Source of the DNA: the human T2T-CHM13v2.0 reference genome, Homo sapiens
Assembly (NCBI RefSeq): GCF_009914755.1
Contig: NC_060931.1
Length of the DNA stretch: 64,000 nucleotides
Direction: 5' to 3' (one strand)
Both the position numbers and the translations under genes were made by a program. The notes under the pieces are model-generated. The model had not been told where the DNA came from. It ran no database searches and saw only the letters and a program-made list of their open reading frames with translations. Below, piece after piece: positions 47,362 through 62,459 of this stretch (its first letter is position 1; every line of letters begins with the position of its first letter).

Positions 47362-50300
47362 TTATAAATAAGTGCAAATTTTTCAAGCCTTGAATTTCAG
47401 TAACGAACTTATGAAGTCTTATCTAATTAGATAATCCTTCTTGGTAGATGTCCAAATACTGAATGCACAGGTTCTTGGTCTATATTTACAAGATGCTGGT
47501 CCCTGTCCTGGCATCTTTAGTTAAAGAATTTTCTTGATTAAAAACTGTAGAATAATACAACATTCAAATAGTAACCAGCGAAGATCCAACAAAGTAGAGC
47601 TTTAACTAGCTTTGGACATGTAAATATAAATAAAAGGCAAGCTCATGAATTCGCTAGTTCTTCCCTGAACTATTCGTTGGCAGCAGTTTGGACGTGTCAT
47701 TACGTATTCATATCATGAAGCTTTCACCTGTCTTTTTGCATGCTTCCTTTTGAAGCCAGGTTGTAATGTCAAATGCAGGAGTAACTCTTGGTAGCACACT
47801 TCTTAAGGAGGTGGAATGAGAAACTCCTACCTTCTAAGGAAGCAGCATGGGTAACACCTCTGAGCCTGGGCTTCCTCATTTGTGAAATGTAGCTTGTACA
47901 TGCAGAGAATATACTTACTGTGAGGAGTAAATCAGTGAAAGCATTAAAGCTGTTGTACAGAGTCTAGCGTAGCAGCTACAGTAAATATTAACTCCTTTCT
48001 TTATATAGTTAATAAGCTGACATGGAACAGTTGTACTCAGTGGACATTCTGGAGGTGCCATGGGTGTGGGTAAATAAAACGCAGCGTATAGAAGAAGGTC
48101 CCTGCAGTTCATTCAGTTAACAGAGTGAGTGCCTGTTTGTGTTTTAGAAATTGTGGGGCAACAATATGGAGGATGGATTGGAGGGGACGAGGCCAGTGAA
48201 GACCCTTTAGTTAGTGAGCCAGATGGGAGTTAATAATGCCTAGACTCCGGCAGTTGGGAGTGTAAAGAGAAGTAGGATAAGAAGGAGATAGAATTCATAG
48301 AACTGATTTTTCATCAGGGGTAAGAATAGAGAGGAATCAAAGCTGATGGGAAATGCAGAAGGGGGAGTGAGTTTGAAGGGAGAGAGACCAGTCCAGAGGC
48401 TAAGCATGACCCTCAGTTGAAAGTCTTGGTAGAGGGAATGGGGAGGAAAAGTGAGATTGCACGCAACATGAGGAAAATAGATAGGATTAGATATTTGGGC
48501 AGTTAGTAGAGAGGGTGGTGCTTTCGTAACTCCTAGGATTCCAAGCTGGGCAGCTGAGGCTTCTGACAACTAAGTCAGGAAGAAAGGCAGGGAGAGAGGA
48601 GTTCTGTGTTGAACTTGTGAGTCTGTGGCTTTTGGAAGATCCAGCGGAAGGAGGAGGAAGAGCTAGAGTGAGGAGCAGCTTGGAGTTGTCGTCGAGGGTT
48701 GAGCAAAGTAGAAGGTGCCACAACAGATCTGGTGGCTTGTTGCTGGTTTCTTACTCCTGAAATTATTAACTTGAAACTGTAGAAATGTATTATTAAAATC
48801 CTCAACAGAGGTTTTTGTTACATGAATATATAGCCTAAAGCTTCAGTTTTCTTGCCTAGGCAGTTTTACCTAATATTGGCTGTACACTTAAAACTCAGGT
48901 TGGCTGTATTAGCCTCTTTTCTTTTCAGGCATTCCATTCATTTAAAACTTAAAGAGAATTTAATAATTTCTTGTGGAATTCAAGAATTTCTGAGCGTGAA
49001 CTTTCCAGTCTCAGTTCTGAGTGGCTTAGAGTATCCTTTAACGTGCTAAATTGTTTTCTTATGTATGTAGCAAATAGATCACAAGAGAACATAGCATGTT
49101 CCATGTTAAGAAGCAAGCTTACTACTGCAGTGAACACCCGCCAACCCATTCCCCACTAAGAAATAGAGTATTTCCAGTACTGTGGAAGCTCCCTGAGCAC
49201 TTCTTCCCAAACCCATCGTTACCCCACAATATTTTAATTGCCTGCCCCTCACCCTAAATGCTTTTGCTTTTCTATTTTTACTTATGCTATATAGGTTTGC
49301 TGAGGTTTTTGTTAGCTTTTTATTATGGAAAGTAGAAACTGCAGTGTACCTGTCTCTCAGCTTTTTTTTTTCTCTGCAAAATTTTAAAGTAAATCCCAGG
49401 CATCATATCATTTCAATCACAAAAATATGTATCCCTAGCTAGTATATATATTTTTCAACATATGTACAATGAAACCACAGTAGCCAGTGTTTTAAGCAGA
49501 TAAGTGTGTGTGGTTCACTGTGGTGCCTTCCATTCATGTCGGGGAGAGCTAACCTCTCCCTTCGTAGAAGTACTCTTTTAAAATTAATCTTAGATATAAA
49601 AATGATATACTGTATATATTCCTTTGTCACCTTTTTTTTTCACTCAAGACTCCAGGAATTCACTTGTGTTGAAGCGTGTAGCTGAAGTTGGCTCATTTTG
49701 TGTGGTCTGTTGTGTGACTGTCCTACTGCTTAGTTGTGAATTCTCCTGTTGGTGGACATGTGGGTTGTTTCCAGGTTTGTTTGTGTTTTGCTATTATAAA
49801 CAGTGCAGCAAATGCATGTGTTTGCATATTTTCTGGCGTTCATATACAAGAGTTTCTGTAAGTCTAAATTGTTTTACTGTCGGTTTCATATCTTATGTGC
49901 CACACTGCAAGTAAAAGCTTAAAATTCTTAAAGTTTTAATAAGTTATATTCTGCTCTACTGTATATTTAGGAATTATCAAAGGAGTGAGATTAGGAAAAT
50001 ACATAAGGTGTAATTGGTTAGATAGGTGATGAAGAAATGCTTGGCCCTGTCCAGTCTTGGGACCATGGCTGAACCTTGCAAAGCAGAAGCTCTTCCTTCC
50101 TGAAGCTGGAGGTTTGAATCCTCAGTGGCTCTCCCTGTGGTCACCGACTAACACAGGCCATCAGGTCATCTTTCTGTCATCTGCACTAACGAATGCCCTC
50201 AGCTGCCTGCTACATCCTCGGATTGGGACTCCCCACTCCACTCCCCTCACTTCTTTACCCACCTCAGTTCTTGGACCTCTCTAGAGTCCTCATCCATGCA

Positions 50301-53087
50301 TGCGAAACTCCTCCATAGCCGCTTCTCACACTGCTTCAACCCCATTGCTCTTCCATAAAGACCAAGACCCCTTAAAGCCCTCTCCAGATGTGGCTGTTCC
50401 TGTCCCCCGCCATCCTGCAGGCCTCCAGGCTGCAGGCAGGGGTCCACCTCCTCCTCATGCGGGTTGACAGCCGTAGACCCAGAGAAAGACTCTGGAGTTC
50501 CTCTCTGCACTAGCCATTTCTATCCCTACAGTGGTCATCTGCTAACCACCAGAGTTCAGAAATTAATTGGACACTTTGGCACAGCCCAGAACCTTCCTCT
50601 CCACTCCTGAAACCTATTATTGGAGATGGTTGCAGGCCACCCCAGGCTTCAGCCTTGTTTCCTTGAGCTGTGTTTTGTTCTAGTCATTTGCAGGTGGGGC
50701 CCTGCTGAGCCTTCCCAGCTGGACTGTGGCACTCCCACAGTGCCCCTTGATTGAGAACCCTCTTCCCAGCCAGAGGCAGGAAGAGGACGAGGCACATGAG
50801 CCTGGTTGGCATCATGCCCTAATCATGCCCTTTGCAGCCTTCTTACTCCTTCACAGCCCACATGCTCAAGGTCGTCTGTCTTTTCTGTCCCTCCCCACCT
50901 GTTCCAGTTAGATTTCTACTAAAGTAATAGTTAGCATTTTTGAAACAGTGTTGGCTTGTTTAATCCTCACCACAAACCCATGAGGTGGGTTAAGAGAGAT
51001 GAAAGAACTTACAAGGTCACACAGTTTTACGCAACTGCTGCCTTTTCTTCTCTTGGCTTCCAGGCTTGGGTTCCTTCTCTTTGTGTCTGGCTGTACCTTT
51101 GCAGTTACAAACTCTATGGGTTCTCCATCATCTTGTCAGTTTTTAAATGTTACTCAGGACTCAGTTTGGGCCGTCTGTCTGCCGTATTCCCCTGAGGAAC
51201 TGTGGTTCCCAGGATCAGGTGGTAAACCCCAGAGATCAGCTGTGTAGGGCCACCTTCTCTTCTGTGCTGAGGCCCTGTGTGTCCAGCTGCTTGGGATGAT
51301 TCACAAGGACCTCAGGTTCACACGTCCAAGGACAACTGCCCTCCTGTAGAGCTGTTCCTCTCTGATGTTTGCTGTCTTGGTAGATGGCATCATAGTCAAT
51401 ATCATATTTATCAGATAGGTACATACAGGTGTTTATCAATCACTCAAGTAAGCAAAAAGTAAATACTTATAAGGCTGCTTGTTGCAGTATTATAATTGTT
51501 AAAAAGTAAATACTTGAAAGCTTTTTGTTAGGTACTGTTATTGATAAATAATAGAATATATGACTCACCAAAAAAAAAAGAGGTATATTTCATTAAGTGA
51601 AGTGAGGTATATCATTTTTAAATGAAAAAAGTTGCCGAACCAGTGTGCGATTGATCCCCAAAGAGCTAGAAGTCAGTAGGGGTCAGCACAGATCTTTTTT
51701 TTTTTTTTTCTTTTTAAAGCCATGTTCCTTGAAATACTGGAGTTTTCTTGAATTACTACTGGTCTCAAGATACGTTCAGGAAAAAATATTTCATGGCTAA
51801 GTAAGTTTGAGGGAAGATGTTTTATACTGTGTTTTTCTGATGGAAATTCATAAGACACGTTCACTTATCAAGACCTCTGAAGTCTTCTAGCAAACAAAGT
51901 ATTTAACTTCACTAAAGCTAGTCATCCCTTGATGTTCAGTTCAGTTGATGTTGCAATTAGTGTTTAGTGGAAGACTGTTGTAAGTGCTCTTTTTCAAAAG
52001 CCCTTCCAGTATGTATGGATGAAACTGAATTACTAATATCAAAGAAGATATATTTTTCAGGAGTTTTGCAGGTCATTTAGTTCACACTTCTACTCAGTGA
52101 AGGAATCTTATGCACCGTTAATCTTGAGAAACAGCCTGTTTGATTAGTTCACAGTTGGAATTGTTAGGGAGCTTGTTTCATATTGATTCTGTTGGCTTTC
52201 ATCTTCTTTTGGAATAACAGTCTTTTCTGTGAGACAAGTTCTTAAATATATGACTGCTTTTCTTCTGTTAGACCTGTTTATTTTGACTGTTGTGTTCCAT
52301 TATTTTCCAAGGGTTAGATGAAAGTGAAGTATAACTGTGGCGCGTGTGTGTGTCTGCACGCGTGTGTGTCTGTGGTAAAAACTCACGCGGGCTCCGGGAG
52401 CCAGCAGCTAGTGTGTGTGTGGAAGCACAGCTGGCTCTGCCATTGCTTCTTGTCCTTGACTAATTGCATCTTCTGCCTTGGTTTCCTGTCAAGAAAATGA
52501 TAATCCCTCTCCGGGGATTGGCCGTCTAGAGAACACTGAAGTTGTGAGGGGCCCTGTGGCTGCCCCTGCTGTCGTCCTGCTTCACTCACCAGCCACCTGT
52601 GTGTCCAAGTCAGGAGGTGGCACATCTGCAGGGTACACGCCCGAAACGCGTGGACATTCATAACCACACTTGGCAACTCCTGCGATGCCAAGGATCTCCT
52701 ATACCTGAGTACTTTTGAAAACTACCTGATTTCCTAAGTATATTTTGTTTTTTTGTTTGTTTTTTGTTTGTTTTTAATATCTTTAGGTTTGGGGACCTCC
52801 TAGGTTTTCTAGCTATGAGACATGATTTATGAGGAAAATATTTTTACCCCTTACCTAAAAACCATTTGAACCTCTCTGACTTATGAAATCTGCTTAAGAG
52901 TGACATTTTTTGATGGCTTGATTATAAGATATGGATATATAGTTTGTAAAGTAAAATTCAACATTAACAGAGAAGCAAGTGTTTTGTGGGCACCTGTATT
53001 CTATTTTATTGTCCCAGGCAGTTTTACAATCAGTTCAGTTCACCAGACACTTGAGTGACGCATCAATAGATTAAGCATGGGCATGCA

Positions 53088-53120
53088 GCGCACATGCGCG
53101 CGTGTACACACACACGCGCG

Positions 53121-53167
<47 letters not shown>
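53088..53167. repeat. Compound (CG)7(CA)19 microsatellite within an 80-nt alternating purine-pyrimidine tract
   Basis: Read directly. Confidence 0.95.
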
Positions 53168-53169
<2 letters not shown>

Positions 53170-54727
53170 GTACCCCTCTAAACTGGAAAACTTCATTGCC
53201 TGAGCCTCTTGTATCCATTGGAGCAGGCTGGTAGATACACAGGTGACACACCCAGATGCCCCTTCAAGGAAGGACTTGACTCCCAGTGTTAGCGCCATCG
53301 GGCCTCAGCTGCAGAGCTGCCTGGACCGGGCTGCACCCTTCTCAGCCCAGCGGGAGTTAAAGGCCTGGCCTGCAGCCCATGTGAGACCCTCTGGCAACGC
53401 TTGTTACAGAGTTCCCTGCCAGGGTGATGCTGGCTCTATAGGGCCTACATCACAGTTCATCTTTTCTCTGCCCCGTCTGCTTCCTCCTTGTCATCTCGTG
53501 GGTGCCCATCTCTAAGAAGCATCTTCCACCCAAGCCAGGTCTCAGCATCTGCTCCGAGAGCCCTGCCTGGGACCTCCTCACAGGTCTCTGTTGCTGCCCA
53601 GCATGTGTGTGACCTATCTGTCCTTTTAGACATTTTCATGATGTGCCTACTTCTAACATTTCCTTGTAGACGTTGTTTGAGGTTTCTTTGCTGTATTAGT
53701 TATTAATGTTTTAAGTACATAGGTGAGGCTCTTTAGGGGATATCAAAAATGTAAGATTAGGTCATCCTCTTTAAACCCGCCCACTTAAGTATGAATTTTT
53801 GAAAACCTCAGATCATCTGTGCATGAATTTTAGATACTCAGTGGGAACAACTAGAAAAAGGGAATGGATAGAGAAGAATAAATCACATAGCAGCAGGAAT
53901 AGAAGATTTTGCTAATTTTTCAGCATATTTGGAATATAAACTGAGGTGTGATGTGGCATAAAGTTACCATGCATAGATCTGGACACAAAAAGTGTACAGC
54001 AAGTAAACTTGACGAGTGTGACATGAAAAGTTGTATTTGATCTCATAGATTAACAGTACGTTTTAATAGAGTAAGATTCATAATTGGAATCAGAAATGTA
54101 ATAAAAAGAATAGAGAATATGTAAAGAACATATTTGATGTGCTTATGCTGAGACAGGAGAATGGAGGTGTTATGGAGAAAAATCCACATTGACCATTTTA
54201 TTTGGTATATTTTAACTTTGCTAGAGGATAACTGGTATCTTGACTTTATCTTTTAAATTGTCCTGATTGTTGCACAGTTTATCTTGGTTTTTCAAAAGTC
54301 AAGCTTTAAAAAAAAAAAAGGGCTTTCTTAAATTTCAAAATATCTGAGTAGATTTAATACTGATACAATTAGGACTGACTTATTAATTCTTTAAAGCTAT
54401 CGGCTCTTTTAATTGGAGATGTTGAGGTTTCCTCATTTAACAAATAGGCAATTGTTGGTGGTTTTTTCCTATGACTTACAGTGGTTTCACTGTTTTGACA
54501 CTTTAAAAACGGAAGAACCTAAAATTCAGACTAGAGTGTACTAGTTTGTGGTCCTGCTACTTTGTAGCATTAGAAGCTTGCCAAGTTTGATTGCTTCTTT
54601 GAATTAGTTTCTTCATCTGAAGAGGAAGGGTCAGAACTATCATTAAGGTTAACCTCTAATTGCCAGTGATTGTATTTGGCTCTTAAGAACAAATGCTTTT
54701 GGTACACAAATGCATAGCACATAAAGT

Positions 54728-54951
<224 letters not shown>

Positions 54952-55369
54952 GCATGCTTTATTCCGTCACTGTAGCATTATGAGCGTAGACGATGTCTGT
55001 TTACCATTAAGAGTAAATAATGCCTAGGACAGTGCCTGGCATATGGTAGCATCCTACTAAATATTCGTTAAGACTGAGTAGTCACTAAAATCCTGTAATT
55101 TTCGTAAGCCTGTTTAAACACTGTGTTGGGGTATGTATACATTTGCAGTGACCAAAATAATACAAAACATGACTAAATGAAACAGCAAGACATAAATTTT
55201 AGCCCAGAATCCAATATTTTAAGGAAAAAGTTTAGAAGAAACGAGATAGAATTTTGTAGAGATTCTAAAGAGGGATTTTGAGCAAGTTCAGATGCTTGAT
55301 GATACTGGTATTTTATTCCTAAATCTTTTTAAGACATAAAGCTTTTCAATTCCTTGATTTATTCCTTCA

Positions 55370-56180
55370 TTTATTTATGTAAAATATGTATTGAGCGGCA
55401 TGCCAGGCTCTGTATGAGGTTCTCATGAGCCTGTGGGGCTTGCACCCCGGTGAAGTCAGGGAGTTACAGTAAAGAAACAAGTGCAGGTTTATGGCCTGGA
55501 GTAAGTGTTAAGAAGGGAAAATCCCATTTAAAGCAAACCTGTACGTCTTCTGGGACTTCCTAGTAAGCCTCCTTTGAAAGTATGACTGGAAGGCAACTTG
55601 AAGAAGGGGAGGAACTCTCTAGAACTCTCTAGGCAGAAGCAGTAGCAGATGCAGAGATCCTGTGGCGGGGAAAGGAGACTGAGGTGGCAAGGGGGGACAT
55701 CTGTGTGGCTGAACCTGAGGGGAGGGAGGGGGAGAGTTGAGGTTTTGTGAGAGGCAAATGAAGAGAGAAAAGGATCTGATAGTGCCATATTAAGGATTTC
55801 CCTTCTTCAGACTCTGCCTTGGCTCCCTGTTGCTCTTAGGGTGACAGCCTATTCAGGATTAGGATGACACCGTCTTAGGATGACAGCGATTTTAGACAGC
55901 TGACGGCCATGTCAAGAATGATACAAGCAGACACAAGGTATTGGAATCTAGTTTAGACAACTAAAATAGTCGCCCAGGTAAGAGATGGCGAGGATGATTA
56001 CTAGAGGAGGAAGTGGAGATGAGCTAATGCATTTGAAATGAAGTCCGTAGCAGTTGAATGTGAAAGATGAGGGCTGTGGCATCAGACTCATTCCCAGGTT
56101 TCTGACTTGTGGATACATGTGGCATTGCCACTCGCTGACACGGACAACACTGATGGAGAAAGGCATTTGGGGGCCAGAGT
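55370..56180 (-). mobile_element. Decayed L2 fragments
   Basis: TTCATTTATTTA..TATTGAG..TGCCAGGC and purine-rich body typical of L2. Confidence 0.5.
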
Positions 56181-57129
56181 AGAACTTTTTTTTTTTTCAG
56201 TTGCTGATAGAAATTATAAGAGAAGGAAAAGGAGTAAAAGAGCATCTAGAGAGGTATGAGAAAGCTCATCCAAGACAGAATTAACTGGACTATGAGTTTG
56301 GGAAATTTAAGTGATTATTTCCCCTTAGGGAAAAATTAAGTGATGGGGAAAGTAGGGTAGGTCCAAACAGTTGATGCTATCAGATGCACCACCAGTCCAA
56401 AACATGGTTATTATTATAGGTGTGCTGTTAACCCTCCCCAAGTAGATGATGAAAGGAAAGCACATGGAAACTACACATAGGAAACATTTCCAGAGTGGTT
56501 GCTGAGTTGTTAGTTTCTTAAAACTTGAGGGAGTCCTTGTGTTAAATATTTTTATATTCCACATTTGAACATACCAATTCGAATGTAAGACATAAAATAC
56601 TTTCAGGATCAGGAATGATGTTGTAGATTCATAAAATATTAAGACCCATAGCCCAGAATATAAATAAATATTAGAGAATAGGTTTCAGTGGTTCAGACTT
56701 ACTCCTTAAGCATGACCTCACAGGGTCCCTAAATGTGCCTTAGATTACACAGAGCTCTGTAATGCCATTGAGGATATAGGATGAGCTGAATTACTTGACA
56801 AGGTAACTGGGACATAGGTTTGCAGGCTTTGATAACCTAGCCTCATTGTTCCAGATCTCGTTTACTTCCCAATAACATTTGCTTTATGAAACCATTCAAA
56901 TAATTCAGTGTTTCTTGATTTACACTAGAAATAACTATTTAAAACCTTTACGTTTTGATGTGACGTACATAGGTAGTCCTTAAATTATGTCTGTGATACT
57001 GTGCATTGAGAAGTATTGGTTTGATACAATATTGAATACCTAAGTTACTTTATTTATGTGTCCAAGATGCTGAAGCATTATATATTGTATTTGTCATTAG
57101 CTTCATATACTTGGAAATAATAGCCACTA

Positions 57130-57340
57130 CCATTGTTAAGCATTTACTCTGTGTTAAGTATTTTCTAATACATTATCTTATTTAAACTCTGCATATCCAT
57201 TTGAGGAAAGTAATTGGCCTCCATTTTGCAGACTAGGAAATTAGAGCTTAGAGAGGTTAAGAAACTCACCCAGTAGCACATGTACCTATCTAGTAGATGT
57301 GGCACTGAGCTTCAAACTCAGGTCTCTCTGAATTCAGAGT
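57130..57340 (-). mobile_element. MIR
   Basis: CCATTTTGCAGA..GGAAA..AGAGAGGTTAAG..TTCAAACTCAGGTCT. Confidence 0.7.
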
Positions 57341-57882
57341 ACATTTTGAATCTTGATAATTCTTGCCAGATTCCCTCCTTAAAAAGGGAGTGCCTATTTC
57401 CTTTTATTTTCAGCCTCACCAACATTTGCATTCTTGCTGAGTTCTAAGTGAAGAGCTACTAAAAGTCATAGGTAACCCGTGAGATTGTATGATTTTTCCT
57501 CTTTATTAGCTGTTTGTGTTCCTGGGAATTTCCTGAGCATATCCTTTGCCCTTTTTTCTTTGAGTTTGTCTTTCTAATTGTCATCTAGGTCAAGTGATAT
57601 ATATTTTTGATAACTTCCGAAGGCAAAGGAAGGCAACATAGTTGTGCTTGTGCAAACTTTTACCCAGGTTTTCTCTTGAGTGCTGATATCATAATGATTT
57701 TGAACTAAAATTCTAAGCGTATTTTTGTACACAGACCATATGGTTAACATGAATGTGTTTGCACATAGAAAGAGAAATGGTCTCTAGAGTGGGCCCTGCA
57801 GACTGAGTTTTTCTGTCAGTGTGTCTCACCTTATTACAGTACCCCAGAGACAATCCACTGATTCTCTTTATTTCTTCCTCAG

Positions 57883-58196
<314 letters not shown>

Positions 58197-58369
58197 TAGC
58201 GCAGGTTGATTGCTTAGAGTTTTGATTATTTACTAGTATGACTTATGAATTATTAGAATTTTATATTGTTTTCTCCTCCCAGTTCATCATGTAAAATAAT
58301 CGCAGGGTTCATTTTTAGCCTTAAGTTTTTGAACAGAGTAGAACTGGTTCATTTTTAGTCAAATGCAGC

Positions 58370-58963
<594 letters not shown>

Positions 58964-59429
58964 TAAAGTACAGTATTTAAAAAGAATTTTATTCCTTTAG
59001 TTTTTGGTCCACGATGTGCATGGGGGACTGTGCTGTGTGCCACAAAGGTGATGAGGGTGGAAAAGATGCGGCTCCCACTATTCGTGTGGTTGGAGATGCA
59101 CCAGCTAATTTGGAGGCTTTCTTGATTCCATACAAATATGACATTGAAATTAGAGTTAAGCTCACTCAGGAGAGAGGAGATTGCCACTGTTTCTAGGACT
59201 TTAAAGTTGCTGATTCAACGGAGCTTCAGGTTTAAAGTCTTCAGGTTTGATAGACTATATCAGTTCTATCAAACTAGTTTTTGTGATATTCCAGTATGTT
59301 CTTGCATGTTAATATTTTAGAATCCTAAAAAAAATTTAAGTAGATATAAAACTATGTCAATCTCTGAATTAGCATAAAATGTGTGTTTGCATATTTATAC
59401 ATGTATATACACTTACATATAGAATACTT

Positions 59430-59985
59430 TTAAAATAATAGCTTTATTGAGATGTAATTATGTACCATAAAATTCAACCTTTTAAAAAGTATACAGTGCA
59501 GTGGTTTTTAGTATATTTACAGAGTTTTGCACCTATCACCACCATCTAATTTTAGAACATTTTAATCACCCCAAAACGACACCTTGTACCCATTAGCAGT
59601 CACTCCTCATGCCCTCTTCCCCCGAGGCCCTGGCAACTACTCATTTACTTTGTCTCTATGAATTTGCCCATTCTGTACATTTTGCATACATGGAGTCATA
59701 TGATCTGTGGGCTGCCTATGTGGCTTCTTTGACTGAGCATGCTTGGAGGCTTCATCCTTGTAGCGCGTATCACTGTGTACGTCATTCCTTTCTGTGACTC
59801 AGTTGTATAGCTAGTCTACATTTTGTTTGCCCATTGATCAATGATGGACATTTGGGTTATTTCCACCTTTTGACTGTTACTAATACCACTGTAAACATTG
59901 TGTGCGAGTTTTTGAGTGGCTCTGTGACTTCTGGTCTCCAGGGTGTGTATGTAGGAGTGGGATTGCAGGGTGCTATGATGGGTAG
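59430..59985 (-). mobile_element. L1MB-like 3' end fragment
   Basis: AGCTTTATTGAGAT, CCCATTAGCAGTCACTCC, GATGGACATTTGGGTTATTTCCACC. Confidence 0.8.
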
Positions 59986-60258
59986 GTTGCTTTTAAAGAA
60001 GATAGAGTCTTTGCCAAGTGAGAAGATATTATGCCCCCAACAGGGTTCTGGCTTGCTAGGTATGGCATTTTCTTAATTCTTGTAGGAAAGCTGAAGGTGG
60101 TAGTTCCACTGGTGAGGGAAGACACTGGTGGGATTTCTGATGTACAGGAAGCAGGAGAGCACTGCTCCAGAGCTCAAGGAGGTGTCATTGTTGATCTGTG
60201 TCTGGAGAATTTCTTTTTAAAATCCACCTTATTGAGATGTAATTAATATGCCTTGTAA

Positions 60259-60559
<301 letters not shown>

Positions 60560-62167
60560 TTGGGAATTTCTTAATGTGTTCTTTTTTAAATCAGGTTGGT
60601 CCTTTTTCTGATGGGTTATTTTTGCTCATAAGGCAGTGAGACTTTGTATGCTAGCAGAAGTTACTGAATTCTTGTATTCTACAAATAATTAAATTCGTAT
60701 AATTTGTAGTTGTTTTGGTACCTGCAACTTTAATTTTTTTTAGGACTGCCTCTCAAATTGGGTAGTTTTTTTTCCAGTTTTGTCTGAGAAATAATAGCTC
60801 CATATATTTACAAAAAATTGGAGAATCTAAACCAAGTCTAAAATATCTTTCTTTAATTCTTTAGACATTATAATGAAATAATGGCTACAGTTGTCAGGCT
60901 TTGTGCTTGGAACCATCCACACCTCATTAAGCCTTATCTCACCGCGGGCTGGTGGTAGTCACCTTTCTCTGTGGATCAGCTCCAGGAACCTGGTTGTACA
61001 GCAGCCAGTGGTGGTGGTGAGGCGGGTCTTAAGGTTCTCAGCAGTCTGACTCTAGAATTGCCTTTAGACACTCTATGTAGTCTTCAGCTACTGTATTTGA
61101 ATGGATCACATTTCTCAGAGTATTACATTTCTATATTTTCTTTGAGAAGTTGTGAAGAAGTATTTTGATTAACTCTTCAATGTATTAGGGTAGAAGTGAA
61201 ACAGTAGAGTGTATACTTATGTTTATTAATTGTTGAAAATCATAAAATATAATTTTACCCCCTAACTCTTCACATATCTTTTCAGCATCATTGTGAGAAC
61301 TGAAAGAATTTTGAGTCATCTGTCATGTTTTTGTAGAGCCATCTTCACTTAAAGCCATTTACGCATAGTACTCTTTGGAATTGCGTATATGTTGCCATTA
61401 TTGCTGTTTTATTCCAGCCCAGGTTGCATAACAGAGCAGTTTTTCAGAAGTTTTCTCTTACTGGTGTATATTTGGTCATTTTAAAATAATCTCCTAAAGG
61501 CTTGCTCGCTGTGACATCTAATACTTGCAGTTGTAAGGTTGTGTTTCAGGGAAGGAGGTGCTTTGGACCGGGGAAGAAGGAGCTGGCAGTGCCTCTCACT
61601 GTTCTAGTATCACTCTGCAAAATTAGACATGCCTCATCAGCAGTTGGCAAAGGAAGTGGGTTAGAAAGGAAAACTGGTTGAGAGAAAAAGGAGGGATTCT
61701 TTTCCTTCCCATAACTCTGGCTAGTAGTTAACAGCTAGATTTTTACCCATTGTCTATCCTGGAGGAGAAAATTGTGTGTTTTTTTTAGAAAAAGCAACTA
61801 CTTCTTGCTGTAAAACAAATATTCTTGGAGGCTTTAGGAACCTGTGACATTTGTGGTTGCTGTAGCAGAGAGGTGGGTTATTATACAGCATAAATATTTA
61901 TCTTGACTTTTCAACTCAAAATGGTGAAAGAAGGGAATTTTGGAAAAGCCAAAAAAAAAAAGAAAAGAAAATGACCAGAGCATCTGCAGACAGAAAGATC
62001 CACTTTAGTTAACTTGGTTTTCAGCCATTTCTCAGACTTGGTTTTTCTCCTAAAGTTTTAGCCTTAAGCCATCACTCTTCACTGTGAGTCTGTCTGTTAA
62101 GCGCTTCCAACTATTCACTTCTAGTTTTCTATGATGTCTTACATGTGTATAGTTACCATGCAGCAAC

Positions 62168-62459
62168 TGTGTGTGTGTGTAAGACAGAGTCTCACTCTGT
62201 CAACCCAGGCTGGAGTGCAGTTGTGGGTTCATGGCTCTCTACAGCCTTGAGCTGGGGTCAGGTGATCACCCCGCCTCAGCCTCCAAGTAGCTGGGACCAC
62301 AGGTGCACACCACTGCATCTGTCTAATTTTTGTATTTTTTGTAGATACAGGGTTTCACCATGTTGCCCAGGCTGGTCTCAAACTCCTCGACTCAAGTTAT
62401 CCGCCCACCTGGGCCTCCCAAAATGCTGGGGTGACAGGTATGAACCACCGCACCTGGCC
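62168..62459 (-). mobile_element. AluJ-like with (TG)n tail
   Basis: Reverse Alu. Confidence 0.88.
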
